A stretch of DNA of 57,755 bases from an uncultured Candidatus Saccharibacteria bacterium (GCA_964593365.1 CAZQGQ010000001.1:118629-176383); one strand, 5' to 3'; positions 42,441-51,017 are shown, counted from the first letter of the stretch. Numbers and translations: made by a program. Notes: a model not told the origin generated them from the letters alone.

Positions 42441-43217
42441 ATGAATCCTATCGTGGACCCGACTCCGACCATCCCTACATCGTTCGTTCCTAAGCAGCCA
42501 GTGCGTAGCTCTGGCGGCTCTTCGCGTAGCGGAGGGAACGTCTTTATGGTGCTCTCCGTCATTCTCCTTGGCGCAGCCGTGTTGGGATCAGTAGGCGTCT
42601 TTGCATACGAGCGTTACCTTATCGGTGTTCGAAACCAGAAGGCTGCTGAAGTAACGGCTGCAGAACAGGTCATCAGTTCAGCAAGCGTCGAAGAATTCAT
42701 CCGCACTCGCGACCGCTTCGCAAGCGCACAGGAGATCTTGGATTCGCATGTTGCTGCTTCTCAGTTCTTTGATCTCCTTGAGTCCCTCACGCTTTCTACC
42801 GTCCGTTTCAATCAGCTCTCGTTCGAGCTTCTCGAGGATCGCTCAGCGCAGATCCAGATGACCGGAATTGCGCGCACGTTCAATGCGCTTGCCGCGCAGT
42901 CCTCTGCGCTTGCGTCTGAAAAGAGAATCAAGAGCGCGATCTTCTCAGGCATCACCGTGAACCAGAACAATACGGTTGCGTTCGGTCTCTCTGCCGATCT
43001 TGATCCTCGCCTCATCACTCTTTCGATGGAAGGCGCGCCTCTCGCGCCGGCTGCTCCGCTAGTACCAGCAACCTCTACGCCAGCGACAACTACAGCAACC
43101 AGTACCGCAACCTCTACGCGAGCAACCTCAACCGCACCAGTAGCGCCACGAACAACTCCAACAGCTCCGCCAGCCGCACAACCTTCGGCGGACCTGCCAC
43201 CTGAAGTAACCCTATGA
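42441..43217 (+). CDS. PilN-like bitopic pilus assembly protein with Thr/Ala/Pro-rich C-terminal tail
   Basis: 258 aa with one TM (VFMVLSVILLGAAVLGSVGVFAY), a coiled coil and a PilN-like ectodomain. The last ~60 aa are PATSTPATTTATSTATSTRATSTAPVAPRTTPTAPPAAQP. Confidence 0.6.
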   Translation: MNPIVDPTPTIPTSFVPKQPVRSSGGSSRSGGNVFMVLSVILLGAAVLGSVGVFAYERYLIGVRNQKAAEVTAAEQVISSASVEEFIRTRDRFASAQEILDSHVAASQFFDLLESLTLSTVRFNQLSFELLEDRSAQIQMTGIARTFNALAAQSSALASEKRIKSAIFSGITVNQNNTVAFGLSADLDPRLITLSMEGAPLAPAAPLVPATSTPATTTATSTATSTRATSTAPVAPRTTPTAPPAAQPSADLPPEVTL

Positions 43218-43765
43218 CCTCACGCGTAATCCCAATCATTCTCATACTCGCTTCCCTAGGACTCTTCTTCGGGTACATAAACCCGACCTATGCCGGGAAG
43301 ATCGCCGCACTTGATACGGAAATACAAAGCTATAACGGAGCATTGCGAGCTGCGGAGCGCTTCACCGAGCGCGAGCAGGAACTCTTGCTTGCCCGAGAAG
43401 CTCTTCCTGATGACGGGCTTGCACGCCTCGACTCATTCCTTCCCGACGGCGTTGATAACGTGCAGCTCATTCTCGACCTCGATGCGCTTGCAGACCGTTC
43501 CGGCCTCCAGCTCTCGAACTTCGACGTGACCGCAAGCACTCTCGACGAGGAAGAATCAGACGAGCTCTCGCTAGGCGCTGAGAGCCCGGTCTCCTCCCTC
43601 GATCTTTCCGTGTCTGCGACAGGAACATACGGCGCTTTCAAGACGTTCATGAAAGGAACGGAATGGAGCCTGCGCCCGCTTGACCTGGTTGCCCTTGATA
43701 TTCGGGATTCGCAGACGGGCGTCTACACCTTCTCGATGGTCTTCCGCATTTACTGGCTACGATAA
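43214..43765 (+). CDS. pilO: PilO-like pilus assembly protein
   Basis: 183 aa with an N-terminal TM, a coiled coil (IAALDTEIQSYNGALRAAERFTEREQELL) and a ferredoxin-like C-domain. The ATGA overlaps the previous gene. Confidence 0.65.
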   Translation: MTSRVIPIILILASLGLFFGYINPTYAGKIAALDTEIQSYNGALRAAERFTEREQELLLAREALPDDGLARLDSFLPDGVDNVQLILDLDALADRSGLQLSNFDVTASTLDEEESDELSLGAESPVSSLDLSVSATGTYGAFKTFMKGTEWSLRPLDLVALDIRDSQTGVYTFSMVFRIYWLR

Positions 43766-43769
43766 TCCT

Positions 43770-44066
43770 ATGACTGCCTCACGAAACAACATCATCCTCG
43801 TCGTCCTCGGCATCCTCGTTGCCGCAGCGGCCCTTTACATGCTTTTTGGGCGCGGCTCTACTGAAGACGCCGTCCAGATTGAGAACGCCCCAGCAAGCCA
43901 GGCCGAGACGAATTTCTTGAACCTCACCGCCGAGATCGAGCCGGTTGATTTTGATGCGAGCGTGCTTGCCGATCCCCGCTTCATGGCCCTCCAAGACATC
44001 AGCACCGCCATCGTTCCCGAGTCTGCTGGTCGCGTCGACCCGTTCGCTCCTCTTGGCGGACTCTAG
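43770..44066 (+). CDS. small bitopic protein in the pilus operon (98 aa)
   Basis: Starts MTASRNNIILVVLGILVAAAALYMLF and lies 4 nt after the pilO stop. The track start at 43680 overlaps pilO. Confidence 0.55.
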   Translation: MTASRNNIILVVLGILVAAAALYMLFGRGSTEDAVQIENAPASQAETNFLNLTAEIEPVDFDASVLADPRFMALQDISTAIVPESAGRVDPFAPLGGL

Positions 44067-44104
44067 TCCTCTGGATAACCTCCATCGGAGGTTTCTCATC
44101 TGCG

Positions 44105-44113
44105 TGCGATACT
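44105..44113 (+). promoter_or_regulatory. extended -10 (TGcGATACT) 11 nt before pilB ATG
   Basis: Sequence GCGTGCGATACTaatcgaagcgtATG. Confidence 0.35.
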
Positions 44114-44124
44114 AATCGAAGCGT

Positions 44125-45870
44125 ATGAACGTACTCCCGATTCTCATTAAAAGCGGACTCGTCCAGGCAGAGGACGTCGAGCAGATCGAACGCGAGGCAC
44201 GAGCTGAAGAAGGGTCCGTGGAAGCCGCGCTCATTAAGCGCGGCATGTCTATTACCGACATCCTGAAAGCCGCAAGCGATCACTACGGCATCCCTGCCAG
44301 AGAACTCCCCGGGGGATCCTTGGATCACACCGCGCTTGAGTACGTTCCCGAGGAATCCGCCCGCCACTACAAGCTCGCGCCTATCGGAACGGCAGACGGA
44401 GCGCTTGAAGTTGGGATTACCGATCCTGACAACCTGGAAGCGATGGACGCGCTCCAGTTTATTTCAAGCCGTGCAGGAATGCCGTACAAACTCTTTTTGA
44501 TAAGCGAAGCAGATTTCAAGCGTGTGCTCGAAGAATACAAAAACCTGTCGGGGGAAGTGGGGGAAGCGTTGTCCGAGCTTGATGACTCGCTTGCAACCGA
44601 GCTTACCGCTAAGAATAAGAAGCAGGAAAAGGAGCTTACCGCGGACACGATCAAGGCAGATGCGCCGGTCACCAAAATTGTCGCCACGATGCTCCGCTAT
44701 GCGGTTGAAGGAGGTGCGTCCGACATCCATGTCGAGCCGACTCCCGAAAAGACACGCGTGCGCTTCCGCATGGACGGAGACCTCCATACCTCCCTTGAGC
44801 TTCCTGCCAAAGTGCACCAGGCAGTTGTCGCGCGTATCAAGATTCTCTGTCAGATGCGCCTTGATGAGAAACGAAAGCCGCAAGACGGACGCTTCTCCGC
44901 GACCGTTGAAGGCAAGCAGATCGATTTCCGCGTATCGACATTCCCGACTTCCCGAGGCGAGAAGGTAGTGATGCGTATCTTGGACCGCTCGAAGTCTGTC
45001 GCTACCTTGGAAACGGTGGGCCTCAGCGCGGAAGACCTTGCGGTCGTTCGCGAGATCATACGAGCGCCCTACGGCATCGTGCTCATCTCAGGACCGACAG
45101 GCTCCGGTAAATCAACGACCTTGTTCGCCATGCTTTCCGAGCTTGATCGCGAGACCAGGAACGTGGTCTCTATCGAAGACCCGGTCGAGTATGAAATTGC
45201 AGAAGTAGCGCAGTCGCAGGTGCATCCTGAGATTGGGTATACCTTTGCCTCGGGACTCCGTTCCATTTTGCGCCAGGACCCGGACGTCATCATGATCGGC
45301 GAGATCCGCGATAAGGAAACGGCGCAGCTTGCCATTCAAGCAGCCTTGACCGGTCACCTCGTGTTCTCAACCATCCACACCAACACGTCTGTAGGAGTAA
45401 TACCTCGCTTGATCGACATGGGCGTCGATCCGTACCTGATCGCTCCGACCTTGATCGCGGCCATGGGCCAGCGCCTGGTGCGCAAGTTCTGCCCTGGGGC
45501 AGGGGAAGCCATTCCCGTATCTGAGAGTATCAATGCCATGTTCGAGCGGCAGTTTGCGGACCTTCCTGCAGAAGCCCGCAAGCGCGTGCCTCCTTTCAAG
45601 GAAATCTACCAGGCAAAGCCGACGCCGGATTGCCCGAACGGTACCCGGGGACGCACTGCCGTCTTTGAGATCCTTCGTATGAACAAGGATCTTGAGCACG
45701 TCGTGCTCACCAATCCTGTGGAGGAAAAGGTGTATGAGATGGCTCGCGCGCAGGGAATGATCACGATGCGCGAGGATGCTATCATGAAGGCGTTACGAGG
45801 CGAGATCCCGTTTGAGGAAGTGAACACCTTGGGCGGAGAGCTCCTCGCGGAAGAGGAACAACCGGTATAA
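44125..45870 (+). CDS. pilB: type IV pilus assembly (extension) ATPase PilB/GspE family
   Basis: 581 aa with an N-terminal T2SSE_N domain and Walker A GPTGSGKSTT. The Asp box, Walker B (DPDVIMIGEIRD) and His box (TGHLVFSTIHTN) are present. Confidence 0.93.
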   Translation: MNVLPILIKSGLVQAEDVEQIEREARAEEGSVEAALIKRGMSITDILKAASDHYGIPARELPGGSLDHTALEYVPEESARHYKLAPIGTADGALEVGITDPDNLEAMDALQFISSRAGMPYKLFLISEADFKRVLEEYKNLSGEVGEALSELDDSLATELTAKNKKQEKELTADTIKADAPVTKIVATMLRYAVEGGASDIHVEPTPEKTRVRFRMDGDLHTSLELPAKVHQAVVARIKILCQMRLDEKRKPQDGRFSATVEGKQIDFRVSTFPTSRGEKVVMRILDRSKSVATLETVGLSAEDLAVVREIIRAPYGIVLISGPTGSGKSTTLFAMLSELDRETRNVVSIEDPVEYEIAEVAQSQVHPEIGYTFASGLRSILRQDPDVIMIGEIRDKETAQLAIQAALTGHLVFSTIHTNTSVGVIPRLIDMGVDPYLIAPTLIAAMGQRLVRKFCPGAGEAIPVSESINAMFERQFADLPAEARKRVPPFKEIYQAKPTPDCPNGTRGRTAVFEILRMNKDLEHVVLTNPVEEKVYEMARAQGMITMREDAIMKALRGEIPFEEVNTLGGELLAEEEQPV

Positions 45871-45871
45871 T
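45866..45871 (+). promoter_or_regulatory. consensus -10 TATAAT 9 nt before receiver-gene ATG
   Basis: Sequence CCGGTATAATactttctatATG. It overlaps the pilB stop codon. Confidence 0.4.
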
Positions 45872-45880
45872 ACTTTCTAT

Positions 45881-46264
45881 ATGGCAACCCACCGCATCTA
45901 CCTGGTTGACGACGACCGCTTCCTCCTCGACATGTACGCTATCAAGTTCAAGAACGCAGGGCACGACGTGACCGCTTTCCAGAGTCCGGACGAGGCGCTT
46001 GCCGTCCTTCGCAAGGGTCCTGCTCCCGACGCGATGCTTCTTGACGTTGTGATGCCGTCGATGACGGGCTTTGAAATGCTCGAAGTCGTTCGTAAGGAGA
46101 ACCTGGCGCCCACGACTAAATTCATCATCCTTTCGAATCAGGGAATGGACACCGACCTTGAGAAGGCGAAGGAGCTGAAGGCCGCAGGGTACATCATCAA
46201 GGCCTCCGCTATTCCTTCTGAAGTGTTCTCAGAGACTATGGCGATAATCGAAAAACCAGTATGA
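45881..46264 (+). CDS. stand-alone response-regulator receiver domain (CheY/PilH-like)
   Basis: 127 aa with the acidic pocket LVDDD, phospho-acceptor context MLLDVVMP, and conserved S (ILSNQG) and K (YIIKA). There is no output domain. Confidence 0.88.
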   Translation: MATHRIYLVDDDRFLLDMYAIKFKNAGHDVTAFQSPDEALAVLRKGPAPDAMLLDVVMPSMTGFEMLEVVRKENLAPTTKFIILSNQGMDTDLEKAKELKAAGYIIKASAIPSEVFSETMAIIEKPV

Positions 46265-47328
46265 GCGCAGAAGCCCTCGGAAAAGTAAAAACCCTCCTTG
46301 ACCTGGTCGTTGCCGAAGGCGGATCAGACCTGCACTTGTCTGCAGGCTCAAGCCCGATCATCCGCGTTGCAGGATCTCTTGTCCCGCTGGTGCACCAGGG
46401 TGTGCTTACCGGGGAAGACACTGAAGCGATGCTGCGTGCGCTTATGCCTGACGAGCGCGCAGCAACATTCGAGACCGAGCAGTCGGTCGACTTTTCATAC
46501 GCGCACGAAGGCAAAGGACGTTTCCGCGTTAACGGGTTCCGAACCGCGGGCTTTGTTGCCGTTGCGATGCGCCTCATCCCTAATGAGATCCGCACGCTCA
46601 CGGATCTTGGGCTCCCCCCAATTCTCGAAGTGTTCTCCCAGCGCCAGCAGGGATTCTTCCTCGTCGTGGGTCCTGTGGGACAAGGAAAATCAACGACCCT
46701 TGCCGCTATCGTCGACCGCATCAACGAGACACGCGCTGAGCACATCGTCACTATCGAAGACCCGGTCGAGTATTTGTTCACACAGAAGAAATCGTTGATC
46801 CATCAGCGCGAAGTGCATATCGATACTCCAGACTTCCATCAGGCCCTTCAAGCGGCATTCCGCGAAGACGTGGACGTCATCATGGTGGGCGAGATGCGAA
46901 ACTACGAGACCATCTCTTCAGCTGTGACCGCCGCTGAGACCGGCCACTTGGTGCTCTCGACGCTTCACACCAACAACGCAGCGCAGACCATCGACCGCAT
47001 CATCGACATGTTCCCGTCAAACCAGCAGTCGCAGGTGCGCGTGCAGCTCGCAGGATCTCTCGCCGGCATCTTCTCGCAGCGTCTGGTGCCTCGCATCTCC
47101 GGAGGACTTGTCCCAGCCTACGAGCTTTTGATAAACAATAGTGCCGTTGCAAACCTTATTCGTGAAGGACGCACCCACGAGATTGGAACCGTTGTGCAGA
47201 CTTCTTCTCAGGAAGGCATGGTGGACATGGACCGCTCGCTCGCTGAACTTGTGCGACGCGGGGAAGTGACGGTAGAAGACGCGTATGAGCGCGCATTTGA
47301 TCGCAAGACCTTCGAGCGGTATCTCTAG
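46261..47328 (+). CDS. pilT: type IV pilus retraction ATPase PilT
   Basis: 355 aa containing GGSDLHL and Walker A GPVGQGKSTT. Also contains DVIMVGEMRNYETI, TGHLVLSTLHTNNAAQTIDRIID and the AIRNLIRE-like motif AVANLIREG. Confidence 0.93.
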   Translation: MSAEALGKVKTLLDLVVAEGGSDLHLSAGSSPIIRVAGSLVPLVHQGVLTGEDTEAMLRALMPDERAATFETEQSVDFSYAHEGKGRFRVNGFRTAGFVAVAMRLIPNEIRTLTDLGLPPILEVFSQRQQGFFLVVGPVGQGKSTTLAAIVDRINETRAEHIVTIEDPVEYLFTQKKSLIHQREVHIDTPDFHQALQAAFREDVDVIMVGEMRNYETISSAVTAAETGHLVLSTLHTNNAAQTIDRIIDMFPSNQQSQVRVQLAGSLAGIFSQRLVPRISGGLVPAYELLINNSAVANLIREGRTHEIGTVVQTSSQEGMVDMDRSLAELVRRGEVTVEDAYERAFDRKTFERYL

Positions 47329-47349
47329 GGTTAGAATGAGCCTAACAGC

Positions 47350-47589
47350 ATGAAGAAATATTTCATTAGTTTTCTTTTGCTTGTAGCAGCGTGCATCTTT
47401 TACATTTCAATAATTGTTATACCGGTAGGCATTATCTTGTTTGTGTTAGATCCGAACCTTTTCTATGGCCTGATAGTACTTTTCGCAGCCATTATTTTGT
47501 CTATCTACAGGGTAATAATGAAACGCAAACCAGCGTTTCAAAAACTAATTTTTAATTTCTGGGAACAGATTCCACCATTTGGCGCTTAG
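47350..47589 (+). CDS. small 2-TM membrane protein (79 aa), strongly AT-rich gene
   Basis: Starts MKKYFISFLLLVAACIFYISIIVIPVGIILFVL. Its composition is clearly different from the flanking pil genes. Confidence 0.5.
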   Translation: MKKYFISFLLLVAACIFYISIIVIPVGIILFVLDPNLFYGLIVLFAAIILSIYRVIMKRKPAFQKLIFNFWEQIPPFGA

Positions 47590-47652
47590 GTTAAGAACTC
47601 TTTTACTACTCTAGACGGTCAAAGACAGGTATATACTTTGCCATAACGAAAT

Positions 47653-48114
47653 ATGGCTGGCCTACGATCGAGAGCAGACTACGAAAAAGAAATGAGGCAG
47701 CTTAGCGCCAAAGAGGATGCGTGCGTATTCTGCGAGCTCAATCCCGAACTAGTCATTTCCTCCGACTACAAGCATTGGACGTGGATATTCGTTGACCTTC
47801 CGTATTGGAAGTATCACACCGCACTCGTTCCCAAGCGGCATATCCTGCGCTTCCATGAGCTTACTCCGGAGGAAGTGACTGAGTTCTCTGCTATCACGAA
47901 AGAGATAGAAGAAAAATACCAGGAAAAGAAACTAGTGAGTGAGGACTCAAAATTCGGCATTCAGCTGCTCATGTTCTGGAGGTCACGGTACTGGACGTCA
48001 AAGAAGAACACCCAGCACCTGCATATGCATTTTGTCCCGGAATTCGAGGGGGCATGGAACTCGATCCTGGATCCTGAGGCGCATATTACGAACCTCGACG
48101 TGTTCCGCACATAG
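47653..48114 (+). CDS. HIT-superfamily nucleotide hydrolase/transferase
   Basis: 153 aa with histidine triad QHLHMHFVP and the N-terminal CVFCE motif. Confidence 0.75.
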   Translation: MAGLRSRADYEKEMRQLSAKEDACVFCELNPELVISSDYKHWTWIFVDLPYWKYHTALVPKRHILRFHELTPEEVTEFSAITKEIEEKYQEKKLVSEDSKFGIQLLMFWRSRYWTSKKNTQHLHMHFVPEFEGAWNSILDPEAHITNLDVFRT

Positions 48115-48148
48115 TTACGCAGTTGCTATCCAGACCGGCCGATGGGCG

Positions 48149-48157
48149 TGTAATACT
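48149..48157 (+). promoter_or_regulatory. extended -10 (TGtAATACT) 6 nt before ATG 48164
   Basis: Sequence GCGTGTAATACTatccgtATG. Confidence 0.4.
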
Positions 48158-48163
48158 ATCCGT

Positions 48164-48757
48164 ATGACACACACAAGAACCCGCATGAAAGGCATCGCGC
48201 CACTCGTTATTGTTCTGGCGATAGCACTTATCGGAGGCGGCACCTATGCAGTCGTGAATCGCAGCGTGCTAAAGGAATATTTCCAAGCAGGAGATAAGCC
48301 GACTCAGGCGCAATTTGAAAACATGATTGATTCGACCGTAAATATGCAAGACGACAAGCAGTCGTCTGGCTCGACAGAACAGAATCCTAAGGAAGAAGTG
48401 AAGGCAGGTGCGACAGTAACGGCGCAGTCAGCAGTCAAAGCTAAAGTTCTCTTGGAAGATCAGAAGGAATTCAAATTGGATACCGAACAGTCAGTCACGT
48501 TCCGATGGACGCCTCTGGTACCCAAGCCGCAGGAACCTGTTACGTATCGCATCAAGGTCTGGCAACTCATGCAGGGCCAAAACGGCACGCAGGCAATGCG
48601 TGAGAATAAGCCTATCGTCACGAAAGACGTCGACACGGTAACCGAAGCGACCATTGCTGGCCTCTACACAGGCCCGTGCAAACCTCCGTATCTCTGTGAC
48701 TTTGTTTGGAGCGTTGAGGTTGCAGCAGACGCAGCGATCAGAGGAGCGGGAGAGTAG
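48164..48757 (+). CDS. membrane-anchored/secreted hypothetical protein (197 aa)
   Basis: Starts MTHTRTRMKGIAPLVIVLAIALIGGGTYAVV. The track start at 47939 overlaps the HIT gene. Confidence 0.55.
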   Translation: MTHTRTRMKGIAPLVIVLAIALIGGGTYAVVNRSVLKEYFQAGDKPTQAQFENMIDSTVNMQDDKQSSGSTEQNPKEEVKAGATVTAQSAVKAKVLLEDQKEFKLDTEQSVTFRWTPLVPKPQEPVTYRIKVWQLMQGQNGTQAMRENKPIVTKDVDTVTEATIAGLYTGPCKPPYLCDFVWSVEVAADAAIRGAGE

Positions 48758-48768
48758 CAGTAAGCTGT

Positions 48769-49314
48769 ATGAAAGCAATTCTTATTCCTGGGAATGGAGG
48801 CGGAACCCCTCAAGATCACTGGCTTCCGTACTTGGAGCGAGAGCTCCCTAAGCTCGGAATCGAAGTCATCAATAAACAGTTCCCAGATCCCGAACTAGCT
48901 CGAAGAGAGTTCTGGCTCCCGTTCATACAAGAACTTGGCGCAGGTGAAGACACGATCATCATCGGACATTCTTCAGGCGCACTCGCTGCGATGCGTTATG
49001 CGGAAGATAACAAGATACTCGGCTCTGTCCTTGTGGGAGCATGCCACACCGACCTTGGTTACGATTCGGAGAAACAAAGCCACTACTATGACGACCCATG
49101 GAAATGGGATGCAATTAAGGGAAACCAGCAGTGGATCATTCAGTTTGCGTCCACTGACGATCCTTTCATCCCGATTGAAGAGCCGCGACATATTCATGAG
49201 AATCTTCAGAGCGAATACTACGAATATGCTGATCAAGGACACTTCGGACACGATGCCAAGCCAAAAACAGAATTTCCTGAACTCATTGAGGTTTTAAAGA
49301 AGAAGCTTCAGTAG
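48769..49314 (+). CDS. alpha/beta serine hydrolase, YdeN/RBBP9-like (copy 2)
   Basis: 181 aa containing ILIPGNGGGTPQDHWLPY, the nucleophile elbow GHSSG, and STDDPFIP...QGHFG. Confidence 0.7.
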   Translation: MKAILIPGNGGGTPQDHWLPYLERELPKLGIEVINKQFPDPELARREFWLPFIQELGAGEDTIIIGHSSGALAAMRYAEDNKILGSVLVGACHTDLGYDSEKQSHYYDDPWKWDAIKGNQQWIIQFASTDDPFIPIEEPRHIHENLQSEYYEYADQGHFGHDAKPKTEFPELIEVLKKKLQ

Positions 49315-49319
49315 CCCGT

Positions 49320-49871
49320 ATGACTACCAAACTTGGGTCACTTGAATTTCTCCCAATACAAGAAAACGTAAACATGGTCGCTGCACCTGTTGCAGCAGCT
49401 ATTAGTCAGTTACCAGATACGGCAACAGTCGGAGTGGCTGAAATAGATCCTACGTTATCTGACACTGCTGCTTTTTGTGAACAGTATGGTGTTACCGCAG
49501 AGCAATCCGCTAACTGCGTGATTGTCGAAGGGAAGCGAGGCGAAGAGCGCAAGATGGCGGCAGTAATCTTACTTGCAAGCACCCGAGCGGATATAAACGG
49601 CGCTGTCTGCAAAGCACTCGATGTGAAGAAAGCCTCGTTTGCTCAAATGGAGAAGGCTGTAAGCGAAAGCGGCATGGAGTTCGGCGCTATTACACCAATC
49701 GGCCTTCCTGCCTCATGGCCAATACTGATTGATAAGGCCGTTGCTGAGTCAGCCTATGTAGTCATTGGAAGCGGTATCCGCACTTCAAAGCTAGCCGTCC
49801 CTGGATCATTTCTAGCGTCTTTACCTGGGGCAATGGTTATTGAAGGGCTGGCCAACCCTCGCGTTCAATAA
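49320..49871 (+). CDS. YbaK/ProX-type aminoacyl-tRNA deacylase domain protein
   Basis: 183 aa. The pattern ...ANCVIVEGKRGEERKMAAVILLASTRADINGAVCKALDVKKASFA...GMEFGAITPIG...VVIGSG is typical of the YbaK fold. Confidence 0.65.
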   Translation: MTTKLGSLEFLPIQENVNMVAAPVAAAISQLPDTATVGVAEIDPTLSDTAAFCEQYGVTAEQSANCVIVEGKRGEERKMAAVILLASTRADINGAVCKALDVKKASFAQMEKAVSESGMEFGAITPIGLPASWPILIDKAVAESAYVVIGSGIRTSKLAVPGSFLASLPGAMVIEGLANPRVQ

Positions 49872-49886
49872 AGCGACCCTAGCTCT

Positions 49887-49895
49887 TGCTATAGT
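49887..49895 (+). promoter_or_regulatory. extended -10 (TGcTATAGT) 6 nt before ATG 49902
   Basis: Sequence CTTGCTATAGTtctagtATG. Confidence 0.45.
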
Positions 49896-49901
49896 TCTAG
49901 T

Positions 49902-50624
49902 ATGGAATTCACTCCGATTCGTACCCGTACCCTGATGCCGCCCAAGGACGATCTCCTTGAGGTTCTCGACATGTCGCTTCCGCCCCTCCAAGAGCGAGAT
50001 GTGCTTGCGATAGCGTCTAAGGCAGTTGCCATACACGAAGGCCGCTGCGTTGCGGAAACCGATCCCGAGACGAAGAAACGGCTCGTAGAAGAAGAGAGTG
50101 ATCACATCATTCCTACTTCAACGCCAAACGGTTGGGATCTCACCGTTCAGCATCATATGGCGGGTTTTGCAGGCGGCATCGATGAGAGTAATGCTGGCGA
50201 ACACCTCATTCTTCTTCCGAAAGAGCCGAACAAATCCGCAGCAGGCATCCGGCAATACCTTTGCCAGAAGTACGGTCTCAAGGAACTTGGGATCGTCATA
50301 ACTGACTCCACTGGTCTTCCGTATCGGCAGGGTGTAATTGGCATCTCGATCGGGCACGCAGGATTCGCGCCTGTAAAAAGCGAAATCGGCGTCCCTGATT
50401 TGTTTGGTCGCTCATTTAATTACACCTACCTGAATGTCGTAGATGCTATCGCGGTTGGCGCCGCGTTCTCGATGGGGGAGACAAACGAATCTACTCCTCT
50501 ATGTATTGTCCGCGACATCCCGCATATCGAGTTCACAGACAAAGACCGCTCGACGGAGCTTCTTATCCGCCCCGAAGACGATTTGTTCTATCCGCTTCTT
50601 AAGGGAACGTACGAAAAGTCATGA
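49902..50624 (+). CDS. CofE-like (F420-0:gamma-glutamyl ligase family) protein, copy 2
   Basis: 240 aa containing LMPPKDDLL...VLAIASKAVAIHEGRCV, ITDSTGLPYRQGVIGISIGHAGF and MGETNESTPLCIVRD. It is a paralogue of 18687..19445. Confidence 0.7.
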   Translation: MEFTPIRTRTLMPPKDDLLEVLDMSLPPLQERDVLAIASKAVAIHEGRCVAETDPETKKRLVEEESDHIIPTSTPNGWDLTVQHHMAGFAGGIDESNAGEHLILLPKEPNKSAAGIRQYLCQKYGLKELGIVITDSTGLPYRQGVIGISIGHAGFAPVKSEIGVPDLFGRSFNYTYLNVVDAIAVGAAFSMGETNESTPLCIVRDIPHIEFTDKDRSTELLIRPEDDLFYPLLKGTYEKS

Positions 50625-50962
50625 ACACGCATCACAATATTAACTACATAGAGTTTCAGGCAAAGGATCTTCCTTCTGTACAGAAGTTCTACGAAGCGGT
50701 ATTCGGCTGGAGCTTCACGAGCTATGGTCCTGACTATGTTGCGTTTACTGATGGCTCCCTGGAAGGAGGCTTTTTCAAGGGAACGCCGAGTGCTGAGGGG
50801 AATCCGCTCGTGATCATATACTCAAGCAACCTTGAAGCATCAGAAACGGCAGTCATTCAACATGGAGGAACGATCGTAAAGCCCATCTTTCCGTTTCCCG
50901 GGGGACGTCGGTTTCATTTCACCGACCCTGAGGGCAACCAGCTTGCGGTCTGGTCTGACTAA
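50621..50962 (+). CDS. VOC/glyoxalase-bleomycin-resistance family protein
   Basis: 113 aa containing INYIEFQAKDLPSVQKFYEAVFGW...GGRRFHFTDPEGNQLAVWS. Confidence 0.75.
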   Translation: MNTHHNINYIEFQAKDLPSVQKFYEAVFGWSFTSYGPDYVAFTDGSLEGGFFKGTPSAEGNPLVIIYSSNLEASETAVIQHGGTIVKPIFPFPGGRRFHFTDPEGNQLAVWSD

Positions 50963-51000
50963 GACAATCCCCGCCTGACTCCTGCAGAGCTTTGGAAGCA

Positions 51001-51009
51001 TGCGATAAT
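51001..51009 (+). promoter_or_regulatory. extended -10 (TGcGATAAT) 8 nt before pilC ATG
   Basis: Sequence CATGCGATAATctacctatATG. Confidence 0.45.
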
Positions 51010-51017
51010 CTACCTAT

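Noticed and set aside
43060-43200. Repetitive ACC/GCA/TCT-rich DNA as a tandem repeat or VNTR element.
   Set aside because: The repeats are imperfect and in frame with the PilN-like ORF. They encode a Thr/Ala/Ser-rich tail, so this is a coding low-complexity region rather than a separate repeat element.
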